DNA from: Microcoleus sp.
Lineage (GTDB): Bacteria > Cyanobacteriota > Cyanobacteriia > Cyanobacteriales > Microcoleaceae
Assembly (NCBI GenBank): GCA_052279835.1
Contig: CP181291.1
Coordinates: 1,280,001-1,344,000, forward strand
Direction: 5' to 3'
Length of the DNA: 64,000 bases
How positions within the stretch are numbered: position 1 is the first letter of the stretch; the number at the start of each line of letters is the position of its first letter. The translations under genes and the position numbers were made by a program. This document shows, one piece after another, positions 63,131-64,000 of this stretch. The notes beneath the pieces are model-generated. The model saw only the letters and a program-made list of their open reading frames with translations. It did no database searches and was not told where the DNA came from.

Positions 63131-64000
63131 TTAAGTAGGAATGTCTGTTTTGCTATCGCTAGTTTGTTCTTGGGATGCAAACCGGGTGGGCCAAATGCGA
63201 TCGCAAAAAAACAAAGTGCCGGCAGTCACACATAGGGGAATAGCCAACAGGTTCAACAGCGGAATACTTACTAAACCAAAACAAACTAAACCAAAACTGC
63301 CACTAGCGGGCAAACTTCCGCGAAGGATCTCTAATTTTTCTTTAAAAGGTCGCCTGCGCCTTTCTAAAGGTGCATCTAAAAAGTCTAAACAGACAAGAGT
63401 TGCTCCCAAAGCTACTCCTCCTAAACTGCCTAAAATAGAGCCGACACCAGGGATAAAATTCAGAACTAGGAGTGGTATGCCGAAGCTAAACAAAATTTGT
63501 AATTTTCTGAATTCAAAGGCGATCGCCCTTTTGATATCCTGAAAAATGCTAGTCAAACTCATGGGTGCTTCTGCGGGCAATTGACCGTTACGCAGGAGTT
63601 CCAGTTGTTGAGATAATTCGCCGTACCAAGGGGAACCCAAAATCACGCCAAATTGTACTAATAAAAATCCAATGATTAGCAAAAGTCCTGCTACTAGGAG
63701 TATGCGTAACAACCAGCCAAAAGCGATGGTTAAGACGGCGAGAAAACTGAGCCACTGGGGCAAGTTAGCAATTAATGTATGAAAGCGGAGAGACAAGTCG
63801 GCAACTAAAAGGTCTATTCCTGACAAACTGGGAAATAGTAATCCTAAATAAAGACTGATACCAATTAAAAAATTTAGCACTACTGGAATTAATACATAAC
63901 CCCAGAGCTTGGGTGTTTGCCAAAGCAGTGTGAAAGCTCGCAGAGGATAGGTGAAACCAGCCAGAAGTCCGATGGGCGCGCTGATGGCGGTGGGGGCGGG
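63131..64000 (-). CDS. EI24/CysZ-like membrane protein (5' end beyond window)
   Basis: LGSPWYGELS, IPGVGS, DFLDAPLERR, IPLLN; frame open to 64000. Confidence 0.85.
   Translation of the reverse strand, partial: PAPTAISAPIGLLAGFTYPLRAFTLLWQTPKLWGYVLIPVVLNFLIGISLYLGLLFPSLSGIDLLVADLSLRFHTLIANLPQWLSFLAVLTIAFGWLLRILLVAGLLLIIGFLLVQFGVILGSPWYGELSQQLELLRNGQLPAEAPMSLTSIFQDIKRAIAFEFRKLQILFSFGIPLLVLNFIPGVGSILGSLGGVALGATLVCLDFLDAPLERRRRPFKEKLEILRGSLPASGSFGLVCFGLVSIPLLNLLAIPLCVTAGTLFFCDRIWPTRFASQEQTSDSKTDIPT

Noticed and set aside
1..64000. rRNA, tRNA, cas genes, integrase or tnpA
   Set aside because: None recognised by eye; a tRNAscan/Infernal run would be needed to exclude small RNAs

Overview
Chromosomal segment of a filamentous cyanobacterium, probably Oscillatoriales/Microcoleus-like. 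This is inferred from abundant HIP1 GCGATCGC sites, 7-mer tandem repeats, chlD, an hli gene and the fbp-tal-zwf-opcA operon. The backbone is housekeeping and signalling genes: several His kinases, GH57, glgA, chlD, prfB with its programmed +1 frameshift, rpsU, cobB, the OPP operon, thrB, and clpR/clpR-like/clpP. The accessory elements of most interest are: (1) a two-gene unit of a Swt1-like HEPN-RNase III-dsRBD fusion followed by a canonical RNase III paralogue, the best candidate for an undescribed RNA-targeting system; (2) an IscB (OMEGA) nuclease with intact catalytic motifs, a putative omegaRNA and a decayed foreign gene fragment, inserted between tal and zwf; (3) a split NLR-like pair (HTH-STAND ATPase plus helical-WD40-TPR) divergent from three uncharacterised genes; (4) dispersed palindromic REP-like repeats inserted in frame in five enzymes; (5) a DUF4058 gene bracketed by a duplicated fbp upstream region; (6) a radical SAM protein with a TPR block inserted before its SPASM/twitch part; (7) a phased CRP-type site array. 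Three single-base frameshifts (GH57, one His kinase, chlD) look like assembly errors. All family assignments come from motif recognition by eye, with no database searches.
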